From Candidatus Adlerbacteria bacterium GW2011_GWA1_54_10 (GTDB taxonomy: Bacteria; Patescibacteriota; Minisyncoccia; Phycocordibacterales; SBAW01): a stretch of DNA of 64,000 nt. Where the stretch lies: the NCBI GenBank assembly GCA_001004665.1, contig LCRO01000002.1:27060-91059 (forward strand). Direction: 5' to 3'. Position 1 is the stretch's first letter. Every line of letters starts with the position of its first letter. The position numbers were made by a program, and so were the translations under genes. Of the stretch, positions 29,237-37,751 are shown piece by piece. Below the pieces are notes generated by a model. The model saw only the letters and a list, made by a program, of their open reading frames with translations, searched no databases and was not told the DNA's origin.

Positions 29237-29898
29237 ACTCTGTTTTTCTTGCCGTTTTCGGTCCACTCCGTCAAGCGCCAAGCCTTTACTTCGACAGGAT
29301 TGACGAGACGCAGATCTTTTAACACGAGTCTGGGGGCAATGGGTGAGTGGGGCGACCTGTCTAATTCCTCGGCGAGCCAGTCTATTTTTTCTGCCGTTAC
29401 CCACCGCTCCGGCTTTAAGTGCCGCAGGTCGAAAGGCCGCGAGTGCGCGAGCATTGTTTTTTGGCGATAATATTTGTCCTTGTCTGGCCAAAAATATTCG
29501 TGGAAATACGACATTGTTAGCTCGCGCACATTTTTGTACACGGGGTCCCTGTACCGCAGGACCGGATGATTTGTCTTGCTTATAGCGCCCCATAGACCGC
29601 CCTTCTTAAAGGGCGCCACAACATGGTCAAGGTCAATATCTGCGGATTGTATATCGAGCAGGAGCGGGAGATTCCCATGGAAGGATAGGGAAGCGGCGGC
29701 AAAAACCGCCCCTTCCATACAATGTGCCTTTCCAGCCTTTAGCACACCGCGCGGCGAGAGCATCCCCTCCCTGCCCCGCGGAAAATTTTGGGGGAGTGAC
29801 TCCAAATAATCTTGGATTTTCTGCGGAGTCGAAAGTTTTTCAAAGACCCTATGCTCCGCGGGGGAGAGTAGGGCGCGTATTTGCGCGGAATAATTCAT
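29233..29898 (-). CDS. Hypothetical protein, possibly transglutaminase-like
   Basis: SPRGVL..AHCMEGA..DHVVA..WGAISK pattern with candidate Cys/His. Confidence 0.6.
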   Translation of the reverse strand: MNYSAQIRALLSPAEHRVFEKLSTPQKIQDYLESLPQNFPRGREGMLSPRGVLKAGKAHCMEGAVFAAASLSFHGNLPLLLDIQSADIDLDHVVAPFKKGGLWGAISKTNHPVLRYRDPVYKNVRELTMSYFHEYFWPDKDKYYRQKTMLAHSRPFDLRHLKPERWVTAEKIDWLAEELDRSPHSPIAPRLVLKDLRLVNPVEVKAWRLTEWTENGKKNRV

Positions 29899-29980
29899 TT
29901 TCGTATTTTATCATCTTGCGGGAATTATAAAGGGTCGCACAATGTTTCTTTTGCGTCGCATAAGCTATTTACTTTTCCAT

Positions 29981-30017
29981 AAAACAAAGCCGCTGGCCAT
30001 GAACCAGCGGCTTTGTT
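29981..30017 (-). terminator. Intrinsic terminator of the lysozyme-like gene
   Basis: aacaaagccgctgg/ccagcggctttgtt perfect stem; T tract on minus strand. Confidence 0.75.
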
Positions 30018-30018
30018 C

Positions 30019-30435
30019 TTACTTGCGCGCTATTTGATTTTCTTTTCCCCAGCACGGGCTCGAGGAGAGCCACGGGGTCGTCCCTTCCTTTTCGAAGAGA
30101 TATTTCGCGTAGGATAAATTTCCTTCTATCGTATAAAGGTCAAGATCGAGCTTATCGGCAGTCTTGCTATGATAGAACTCGTTGACCTGCATCACACCGA
30201 CATCCTTTGGATTGATCTCGCCGCGATGAACAGAGCCGTCTTTGTCGAACTGACGGAAACGCGACTCGCACCTTGCAACATCTATCATTATCGGCGCATC
30301 GGCAAAGTACCCGCGAACATATTCCTCGATTGTTTGTGCCGCGGGCATGAGCGACCGAGCGACAGGTGCCGAGCCGGCGCGGGTCGCGGGAATTACCGCA
30401 GAAAGCGCCAAAGCGACGCCAAGAGCGAAATACAT
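30019..30435 (-). CDS. Secreted lytic transglycosylase/lysozyme-like protein
   Basis: Signal peptide, VARCES, GVMQVN, GN..YA..L, PW. Confidence 0.75.
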   Translation of the reverse strand: MYFALGVALALSAVIPATRAGSAPVARSLMPAAQTIEEYVRGYFADAPIMIDVARCESRFRQFDKDGSVHRGEINPKDVGVMQVNEFYHSKTADKLDLDLYTIEGNLSYAKYLFEKEGTTPWLSSSPCWGKENQIARK

Positions 30436-30620
30436 TGGTATAAGGGCATTGTTTTGACTAAATGAAGTTTTTTTCAGGCCTGTGCCCAAAAAATAAGCCC
30501 CGACTCGACTGCCGGAGGTAGAAACATACTATCATTATTTGTCAATAGAGTCAAGCTAACAACTTGACAAAATAAAAAGCTTCTCCCTTCGCCAAGTCAA
30601 GCTTGCTTGACAACGTATTT

Positions 30621-31553
30621 TTAGAGCATAAGCACTTTTCCATCAAATGCGGACATGATTTTGACTCTCCCGTGCCCATGTACGACTTCCCCGACGATTG
30701 CGGCTCCTGGCAATTCTTGTAAAGCGGCTTTTCCCTCGTTTTGGGGAACCGACAGTACGAACCCGATGCCGCAGTTAAAAGTAGTATACATTTCCCTGCT
30801 GGAAATGCCGCGTTTATAAAGGTCGAAAAATATTTTCTGAGGCATAAGTTTTCGCTGTGGTCGTATTATGGCATTGTTTGATCCAAGAATATCTTTTAGC
30901 TTTGCGAAGGCTCCGCCGGTGATGTGCATCATTCCGTGGACTGTATGTTTTTCCATAAATTTCAAAAGATTATCCAGATAAATTTTCGTAGGTACGGTAA
31001 ATTCCGGACGCCGTGCTTTTCCAAATATACGGCGCACGGTAGTCATGCCGTTTGAATGCAGTCCTGAACTTTTAAGGCCAACAAGAACATCGCCGTCTTT
31101 AAACTCATTAGGTTGCGGCTTTTTGACGAAACCCGATACGGTCATGCTGATATCGAGCCCTTCAAGGTTGTTATGGAATGAATTTTCCCCGCCAACGACA
31201 GCGATCTTACGATTGCGACATTCGGCCACGACAGCCTGGATTATTTTAAAAATCCTCTCGTCTTCTACCGGTACGGTGATGTGGTTTGAAAGTTTGTAAG
31301 GAGTGGCTCGTACCAGAGCCAAATCGTTTAAATTCATCGCCAGTGCATCCAGTACAGCACTTTTAAAGGTTCCAGCCCGCCAGTGGTAAAAACCTTTGGT
31401 CCCGATGCCGTCAGTATGATCGACCTCGGGATATCGAAATTTCTTTTTGAAGGTCGGATATACGCCACGATGAACCTCAATATGCGGAGTTTTCCAAGTA
31501 CGCTCTATAGCTCGCAAAATTTTGTATTTGTACGGCTTAATCGGGTTATACAT
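30621..31553 (-). CDS. purM: AIR synthetase (PurM family)
   Basis: TDGIGTK, AMNLND, GGE, SSGLHSNG, HITGG, TFNCGIG; start at 31553 because the longer track ORF runs through a tRNA. Confidence 0.85.
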   Translation of the reverse strand: MYNPIKPYKYKILRAIERTWKTPHIEVHRGVYPTFKKKFRYPEVDHTDGIGTKGFYHWRAGTFKSAVLDALAMNLNDLALVRATPYKLSNHITVPVEDERIFKIIQAVVAECRNRKIAVVGGENSFHNNLEGLDISMTVSGFVKKPQPNEFKDGDVLVGLKSSGLHSNGMTTVRRIFGKARRPEFTVPTKIYLDNLLKFMEKHTVHGMMHITGGAFAKLKDILGSNNAIIRPQRKLMPQKIFFDLYKRGISSREMYTTFNCGIGFVLSVPQNEGKAALQELPGAAIVGEVVHGHGRVKIMSAFDGKVLML

Positions 31554-31559
31554 ATTTTG

Positions 31560-31630
31560 TCGGGCCGCCGGGAATCGAACCCGGTCTACATCCACCCCAT
31601 GGACGCGTACTGCCGGTATACTACGGCCCG
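31560..31630 (-). tRNA. tRNA-Pro(GGG)
   Basis: Acceptor CGGGCCG/CGGCCCG-A, anticodon loop AT-GGG-GT, GTTCGATTC; CCA not encoded. Confidence 0.92.
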
Positions 31631-31661
31631 TCTTCGCTCGCCGAAGCGAGCTACGACGGGC
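31626..31661. repeat. Hairpin element in the tRNA-Pro 5' leader
   Basis: gcccgtcttcgctcgccgaagcgagctacgacgggc; related to the element at 57076-57105. Confidence 0.7.
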
Positions 31662-31697
31662 ACAGCCCATTGTAGTAGTTCGCGTAGGAGAGTTGTT

Positions 31698-32297
31698 TTA
31701 ACTTTGCCACGGAATATCGTATCGCTCAAATTCGGGCAGGAGTTTTTTGTCATACAGCAGTCGGGAGATTACTTCGGCGTGGCTTTTGGCGCCCGTAAGC
31801 GCGTTATGGGGCACGGGCTCCTCGGGGATGCCGCAGTAGTTAAGCACGGCGTCTAGATTGAGAGCTGAATGCTTTTTTATAGGGTCGATTGGGGGAGTGA
31901 GTCCCCTCTTTACCATGTGCATAAAGCAGAGCGTGTGGGAGTCTATGGTGCGGTGCGCAAATGGCCAATTGACATGTCCCGAGCGCTCCGCGGCATATTT
32001 TAGAAAATCGCGATCAAATGATACGTTTTGCCCGGCAAAAGTCTTATCATCCACTTCCTCGGTCCAGACAATAAATTTTTGGACCAATTCCGACTCGGTT
32101 TGTTTGTCCGGATCAGTTGCGATCTCTTGCGTTAAACCCAAAAAATCAAGCGATGCCTGTTCGACATGCAGGCCGTCCATAGCTCGACACTCTTCGTAAA
32201 ATTGTCGGAATGGATTAGAAAAATCTATTGCCCCAACGCTAAAAATAGAATGCTTGTGAGGCTCAATCCCGAACGTTTCTACGTCTACCGCTATCAT
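31698..32297 (-). CDS. DEDDh 3'-5' exonuclease
   Basis: VDVET, GQNVSFD, HNALTGA. Confidence 0.85.
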   Translation of the reverse strand: MIAVDVETFGIEPHKHSIFSVGAIDFSNPFRQFYEECRAMDGLHVEQASLDFLGLTQEIATDPDKQTESELVQKFIVWTEEVDDKTFAGQNVSFDRDFLKYAAERSGHVNWPFAHRTIDSHTLCFMHMVKRGLTPPIDPIKKHSALNLDAVLNYCGIPEEPVPHNALTGAKSHAEVISRLLYDKKLLPEFERYDIPWQS

Positions 32298-32551
32298 ATT
32301 TTATCGAGCGCCCGCCTCGCAAAATCCTCTACTTTAAGTACCACTTTATGCATTTTGGGATACTTAACCGTGTGCTTGTCGAGCCAAGCTCTCGTTGCGG
32401 GCGAATATAGGGAAATGAGCAAAATTCCTATAGCAAGAAAAAGAAATCCCTGAAGGAACGGGAGCGCTAGCCCTATGACTCCAAGCACTATAAAAACGAG
32501 CCCCAGAGCGAGAACTATTACTCTTTTGGCCTGATATTTCATTGTCAACAA
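32294..32551 (-). CDS. Small membrane protein (PGPGW/DUF454-like)
   Basis: LGVIGLALPFLQG hydrophobic hairpin. Confidence 0.65.
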   Translation of the reverse strand: MLTMKYQAKRVIVLALGLVFIVLGVIGLALPFLQGFLFLAIGILLISLYSPATRAWLDKHTVKYPKMHKVVLKVEDFARRALDKI

Positions 32552-32838
32552 TTTGCGACTCGTTCATATCCGGCTTCACGAGCCTGCGCTTCGGTAGCGA
32601 ACCATATGCGGTTTTCCTCCTTTATCTGCTCGGCACCGGTGCAGGAAAGTACATAATACTTTGCGCCGTTAACCGAAGCAACAAAATTTTTTTCATAATT
32701 TGCCGCCGCCTTTTGCAGTGAAAATTGGTCCAAAGCGGAGAGCCTGCCTAGCCCGAAGGCGGAAAATCCTACCAGAACCACAATGGCCGGCAGGATAAAA
32801 GGCTCGAGTTTGCGGAACCGCCAGCCTTCTGGTATCAT
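32545..32838 (-). CDS. Membrane-anchored protein with Ada metal-binding-like C-terminus
   Basis: TM helix then FVASVNGAKYY..C..IKEENRIWF..AREAGY; start at 32838. Confidence 0.7.
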   Translation of the reverse strand: MIPEGWRFRKLEPFILPAIVVLVGFSAFGLGRLSALDQFSLQKAAANYEKNFVASVNGAKYYVLSCTGAEQIKEENRIWFATEAQAREAGYERVANC

Positions 32839-32854
32839 GCCTGAACTGTAGCAT

Positions 32855-33127
32855 ATGGCACATAAAAAAGCTGGCGGTTCCGCCAAAAACCTTACCGATT
32901 CAAATCCAAAATATCTCGGAGTAAAACTCTTTGCCGGAGAGACGGCCAAGCGCGGCGCCATTATCGTGCGCCAGCGCGGAACAAAAATACTCCCGGGCAA
33001 AAACGTGGGGCTTGGCAAAGACCACACGATTTTCGCTCTTAAAGACGGCAGGGTTGCCTTTCGCTCCGCGCGCAAAATAAAATTCAACGGCCAAAAAACC
33101 GTCAAATCTATCGCCGAAGTTTTGTAA
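32855..33127 (+). CDS. rpmA: 50S ribosomal protein L27
   Basis: [25 protein letters not shown]. Confidence 0.97.
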   Translation: MAHKKAGGSAKNLTDSNPKYLGVKLFAGETAKRGAIIVRQRGTKILPGKNVGLGKDHTIFALKDGRVAFRSARKIKFNGQKTVKSIAEVL

Positions 33128-33163
33128 CTTCCACTAGGTAAGCTTCGTGGAAAACCGCCGCTA

Positions 33164-33574
33164 TCACCACCCTCCCCATCCGTAAATTCCAGAATTTACG
33201 TTCACGTTTACGTTTTGATTCAGGTTCGAGGAATAATATCCCGGATAATAATAGTAATACGGGTAATAGTATGGATAATATGTGTAGCTTGGATAATAGT
33301 AATTAGAGTAGTAAGAATGCTGTGGATAATACGAGCCGCAGTTATAACTATAGCAATAAGATTGCGAAGGGTACGAGGGGTATGAGTAAGACGACTGATT
33401 TGAAGGATAAGAGTAGCTCTGCCCTTGGCACGGATACGAGGCGTTAGGCGGACAATAATAACCGGAAGAGTACCCTCCGGGGGAATAGCCGCCGGAAGCC
33501 CCTGCCGCCATGGGCAACGCCAATAACATAACAACCACTGTCGCCGCTAATACCGCATTTTTCATGCGATACAT
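33164..33574 (-). CDS. Secreted Tyr/Ser/Pro-rich low-complexity protein
   Basis: Signal peptide followed by Tyr-rich region; fills the gap downstream of rplI. Confidence 0.7.
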   Translation of the reverse strand: MYRMKNAVLAATVVVMLLALPMAAGASGGYSPGGYSSGYYCPPNASYPCQGQSYSYPSNQSSYSYPSYPSQSYCYSYNCGSYYPQHSYYSNYYYPSYTYYPYYYPYYYYYPGYYSSNLNQNVNVNVNSGIYGWGGW

Positions 33575-33581
33575 TTTAAAT

Positions 33582-34028
33582 TCAAGCGGCTGAAGTGATG
33601 ATGACGCCGAATTCCGCTTTCATGGCCTTGCCGCTAAGCTCTATTATATGCTCCCCCAGCGTCTTAAGAGGCTCGTTTAAATGAATCGCCGACTCCGGCA
33701 TCTCGAGAGAATGCTCCGCGCGTATGGCGGCGGCGATGTCTCCGGCGGAGACCGCCTTAAACAATCCTCCCTTTTCCGTTGCACGCGCGGCTATAGCGAC
33801 GGTTTTGCCGCGCAGGGAATTTACTTTCCCGTCGAGCTGTTCTTCGTCCGCTTTTGCCTGCAACTCGCGCCGCGCGCGCTTTTGCTCAAGCTCGGCGAGC
33901 CTTTCGAGAGTCGCGGGCTCGGCCAACTTTTTTGGGAACAAGAAATTCCGCGCGTAGCCGTCGGCCACCTCTTTTACATCGTTATGTTGTCCGACGCTCC
34001 GAACGTCTTTTAATAAAATTATTCTCAT
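33582..34028 (-). CDS. rplI: 50S ribosomal protein L9
   Basis: ILLKDV, VADGYARNFLFP, LF.AV, LKTLG. Confidence 0.95.
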   Translation of the reverse strand: MRIILLKDVRSVGQHNDVKEVADGYARNFLFPKKLAEPATLERLAELEQKRARRELQAKADEEQLDGKVNSLRGKTVAIAARATEKGGLFKAVSAGDIAAAIRAEHSLEMPESAIHLNEPLKTLGEHIIELSGKAMKAEFGVIITSAA

Positions 34029-34032
34029 CTCT

Positions 34033-35280
34033 TTATTGGCTCGCCAGCCAGGTTAGGGCATGGTCAAACTGCGGATCGCGGCCGGCCGCAGTATCCTCCG
34101 GAGTACGTTTTACATCGATGTCGGGTTTAAGACCTCCGTCGGAAATTGACGAACCGTTCGGAGTAAGCCATTTTGCCATAGTTATCTTCAGCTGGGCGCC
34201 GCCTCCAAGGTCGAAGAGCTGCTGGACCGACCCCTTGCCGAAAGTGCGCTCGCCTATCAAGACAGCCTTGCCGTGCTGTTGTAGGGCACCGGCTAATATC
34301 TCGGAGGCCGATGCGCTCCCCTCGTCTACAAGAATGGCCATCGACAATTTTTTATTTGCAAAAACGTTGTAGCCGACGCTGCGGTGCACGACATTTGGCT
34401 GCTTGCCCGCCTGCGCGGACAGACCCGCAAAATCCTCGGTAACTACCGGCTCGCCGACCGGCAAAAAATAGCTTGCCATGTCCACCGCCGCCTCAAGATA
34501 CCCGCCGGGGTTGTCGCGCATGTCGAGCACCATCTTAGTAGATCCGCTCGCAAAGAACTCGCGCAGGGCCTGCTGGAAGAGCGCGGGCGAAGTTTCTGTA
34601 AAGCTGTAAAGCTCGATAACAAAGACATCACCCTTGCGGTACGAATTGAGTATGGGCACTACTATGATGTCGCGGATTATCGAAAACTCTATCATTTTGC
34701 CGTCGCGCTCAAGCGTCAGGTCTACCGCAGTGCCGCGCTCGCCGCGTATAAGTCGCACTGCCTCATCTACCTTCATCGCGCGTGAGGGAATACCGTCTAT
34801 AGCGGCAATAATATCCCCGCTCTGCACACCCGCACGCTCCGCGGGCGTTCCCTTCAGGGGCGCGACAACGGTAAGTACTCCTTCCTTGCTCCCAAGCTCC
34901 ATGCCGATGCCGGAGAAGGAGCCGCTAACAGCCTCCTGAAATTCTTTTGCTTCCTGAGGCGGCAAAAATACAGTATAGGGATCCTCGTAGCTTTCCGTAA
35001 GGCCTTTTATTGCGCCCCACAACCTCTCCTGCGCGGAAGGCACAGTGCTGGACGCGCTTGATTTGACGAAGTTCTGGTCGAGGAGTCCCCATGCGCGCCA
35101 AAACTCCTCGGCGTCTACCCCCACTGGAGCCTGTGTACCGCTCGTGATGTTGGTTATAGTGACGGTCGCCGCGCCGACAAGACTGTTGCCGCGCTCGGAG
35201 ACGCCCGCATAAAGGCCAGTGCCAAACGAGAATGCGAGCGCAAGCAAAATTATCGCCGCCGTCAGCCGAGTTTTCCGCAT
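34033..35280 (-). CDS. ctpA: Carboxyl-terminal processing protease (S41, PDZ)
   Basis: DPYT, FSGIG, DMRDNPGG, SASASE, TFGKGSVQ; start MRKTRL at 35280. Confidence 0.92.
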   Translation of the reverse strand: MRKTRLTAAIILLALAFSFGTGLYAGVSERGNSLVGAATVTITNITSGTQAPVGVDAEEFWRAWGLLDQNFVKSSASSTVPSAQERLWGAIKGLTESYEDPYTVFLPPQEAKEFQEAVSGSFSGIGMELGSKEGVLTVVAPLKGTPAERAGVQSGDIIAAIDGIPSRAMKVDEAVRLIRGERGTAVDLTLERDGKMIEFSIIRDIIVVPILNSYRKGDVFVIELYSFTETSPALFQQALREFFASGSTKMVLDMRDNPGGYLEAAVDMASYFLPVGEPVVTEDFAGLSAQAGKQPNVVHRSVGYNVFANKKLSMAILVDEGSASASEILAGALQQHGKAVLIGERTFGKGSVQQLFDLGGGAQLKITMAKWLTPNGSSISDGGLKPDIDVKRTPEDTAAGRDPQFDHALTWLASQ

Positions 35281-35327
35281 CGCGAGATTATAGCACACCG
35301 CCTGATTTTTGGTTGTATAATTTATCC

Positions 35328-36236
35328 ATGCTGACGCGCTATACGCAGGGCGGTTTGACGTGGGTGGATGCGGTGGCACCCTCGCCGCACGAAGTAAAAA
35401 ACCTTATTAGTGAGTTTTGTCTCGACGGCGCGCTAGAGTGGGAAATCACCTCCCCGTCTCCCAAACCAAAGGTTGAGCTCTTTACCGGCTGTCTTTACCT
35501 TGTGCTCCACTTCCCCGCATTGCGAGCGTTCCATCAGCGCCCCGAGCAAGAAATAGACTTTATAATCGGTAGGAAATTTCTTATAACAGTGCGGTACGAG
35601 AACATTGATCCATTGCACTTCTTCGCCAAGACATTTGAGGTCGGGGCGGTGCTCTCGGACTCGTCGGCCATGCACGGCGGGCATCTTTTTACCGCGATGG
35701 CGCGTAGCCTTTACCGCTCGCTCACGCACGAGTGCGACGCACTTTACAGGCGGCTGGACGAGGCGGAAGATCAAATATTCGCCGGCAGGGAGCGCGAGAT
35801 GGTGGCGCACATTTCGAGGCTCGGGCGCATATTGCACGACTTCCGCCGTGCGCTCGCCCCGCACCGCGAGATGTTGGAATCGCTTGAGCCCGCAGGCGAG
35901 AAGCTGTTCGGCGCGGGCTTTGCATACCATGTGCGCTCGGCCCTGGGTGAAGAGGGGCGTGCCCGCCGCACGCTTGAGCACCTGCGCGAATGGCTCTCGG
36001 AACTGCAGGAGACCAACAACTCCCTCCTTGAGCTCAAGCAAAACGACATTATGAAGAATCTCACCATAATGGCGTTCACCACTTTCCCTCTTACGCTGAT
36101 CTCAAGCCTTTTTGCTATAGGAGCGGAGCATACGCCCATTGTCGGCATGCGCTATGATTTTTGGATAATTGTCGGCTTCATGCTCTCTTTGATGCTGTGC
36201 TTCTTCCTTTTCTTTAAATATAAAAAATGGCTGTGA
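35328..36236 (+). CDS. CorA family divalent cation transporter
   Basis: YLVLHFP, NDIMKNLT, two C-terminal TM helices; GMN motif degenerate. Confidence 0.8.
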   Translation: MLTRYTQGGLTWVDAVAPSPHEVKNLISEFCLDGALEWEITSPSPKPKVELFTGCLYLVLHFPALRAFHQRPEQEIDFIIGRKFLITVRYENIDPLHFFAKTFEVGAVLSDSSAMHGGHLFTAMARSLYRSLTHECDALYRRLDEAEDQIFAGREREMVAHISRLGRILHDFRRALAPHREMLESLEPAGEKLFGAGFAYHVRSALGEEGRARRTLEHLREWLSELQETNNSLLELKQNDIMKNLTIMAFTTFPLTLISSLFAIGAEHTPIVGMRYDFWIIVGFMLSLMLCFFLFFKYKKWL

Positions 36237-37678
36237 ACCTTCTTTCATTTTTCAAACCAAAGCCGAACCGCGCTCTACCCCAGCTAAAGTTCCACAACAC
36301 ACTTTCGGGAAAGCTGGAGGTTTTTGAGTCGTTTAACTCCACCGTGCGGATGTACAACTGCGGACCCACCGCGTATGACCGACAACACATTGGAAATTTT
36401 TTTCCGTCCGTGGTCGCAAATATTTTGCGCAGAATACTCGAAGTGTGGGGTTACAGCGTGTTAGAAGTAAACAATATCACCGATTTCGGGCATATTTCCG
36501 AGGACGAGGACACAGAAGACAAAATGACTAAAGGGTTGCGACGTGAGGGCCTCGAACTTAACCTAAAAAATATGCGCGCGCTCGCGGAGAAGTACGCGGA
36601 GCTGTTTTTTGAAGATTTACCGCATCTTGGCATCGACCCTAAAAAAGTACAGTATCCGCGCGCAAGCGACTATATACCGGAGCAAATCGCGCTCGTTAAG
36701 ACGCTCGAGCAAAAGGGTTATGCATACAAGACAAGTGATGGGGTGTATTTCGACATCTCAAAATTTCCGCTCTACGGAAAGCTCGGTAGCATCAACCTTA
36801 TGGGCCAGCAAGCCGGAGCCCGCGTGGAGGAAAATCCGGAAAAGCGCAACCCTTACGATTTTGCCCTCTGGAAGCTCGACCGGAGGCTGGGATGGGAATC
36901 TCCGTGGGGCCTGGGCTTCCCGGGGTGGCATACCGAGTGTGTGGCAATGATATTTAAATTGCTTGGCCGACAGATTGACATTCACATGGGGGGCATCGAT
37001 CTTGCGCCAGTTCATCACAATAACGAAATCGCGCAGGCAGAGGCCGCGACCGGCAAGCAGTTCGTGAGGTACTGGATTCACAACGCGCATATAACCGTCG
37101 AGGGCAAGAAAATCTCCAAATCAATCGGAAACACGGTGTATCTGCACAATCTGGTTGACCGCGGACTCTCACCTCGCTCATTGCGCTATTGGTTTTTGAC
37201 CGGACACTACAGAAGTCCCACTAATTTTACATGGGGAGCGATAGAAGGCGCGGACACGGCGCTTGCCCGACTCCAGCGTCTTTTCTTGGAACTTCCGCCG
37301 TCGGGCTTCGCGCCGGACGAAAAATTTTTAAATGATTTTTACGCGGCCGTGGCGGATGATCTCGACATGCCGCGAGCGCTTGCGCGCGTGTGGGATCTTG
37401 CGCGAGACGAGAATATTTCCCCCACTATAAAAAAGAGTTCGCTCGCGCGCGCCGACAAAATATTGGGGCTTGGTCTTGCGGATGCGCGTCCGATTGCCAG
37501 ATTGCGCGTCGTTGAGCGCGGGGACCTGCCCGAGGAAGTGCGGAAATTGGTGGCAGAGCGCGAAGTTGCGCGGGCATCGCGCGACTTCGCGCACGCGGAC
37601 GACTTGCGCGGCCAAATGGCCACGCTTGGCTACGCCGTCGAGGATACATTGAGCGGCCCCAGAATCACGAAAAAATAA
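36227..37678 (+). CDS. cysS: Cysteine--tRNA ligase
   Basis: YNCGPT, HIGN, DFALWK, PGWHTEC, HHNNE, KISKS. Confidence 0.95.
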   Translation: MAVNLLSFFKPKPNRALPQLKFHNTLSGKLEVFESFNSTVRMYNCGPTAYDRQHIGNFFPSVVANILRRILEVWGYSVLEVNNITDFGHISEDEDTEDKMTKGLRREGLELNLKNMRALAEKYAELFFEDLPHLGIDPKKVQYPRASDYIPEQIALVKTLEQKGYAYKTSDGVYFDISKFPLYGKLGSINLMGQQAGARVEENPEKRNPYDFALWKLDRRLGWESPWGLGFPGWHTECVAMIFKLLGRQIDIHMGGIDLAPVHHNNEIAQAEAATGKQFVRYWIHNAHITVEGKKISKSIGNTVYLHNLVDRGLSPRSLRYWFLTGHYRSPTNFTWGAIEGADTALARLQRLFLELPPSGFAPDEKFLNDFYAAVADDLDMPRALARVWDLARDENISPTIKKSSLARADKILGLGLADARPIARLRVVERGDLPEEVRKLVAEREVARASRDFAHADDLRGQMATLGYAVEDTLSGPRITKK

Positions 37679-37686
37679 AGGTTTTC

Positions 37687-37715
37687 TTGTCCACCCATTA
37701 TCCCACTTATCCCCC
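37687..37715 (+). promoter_or_regulatory. Three degenerate DnaA-box-like motifs upstream of dnaB
   Basis: ttgtccacc, ttatcccac, ttatccccc. Confidence 0.35.
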
Positions 37716-37751
37716 GTTTTGACCTCTTAACAAACGGGGTACGATATTCAT

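Noticed and set aside
31554-31670. N-terminal extensions of purM and mpg (42139-42198) in the ORF track
   Set aside because: They read through tRNA genes; family similarity begins at the downstream ATGs
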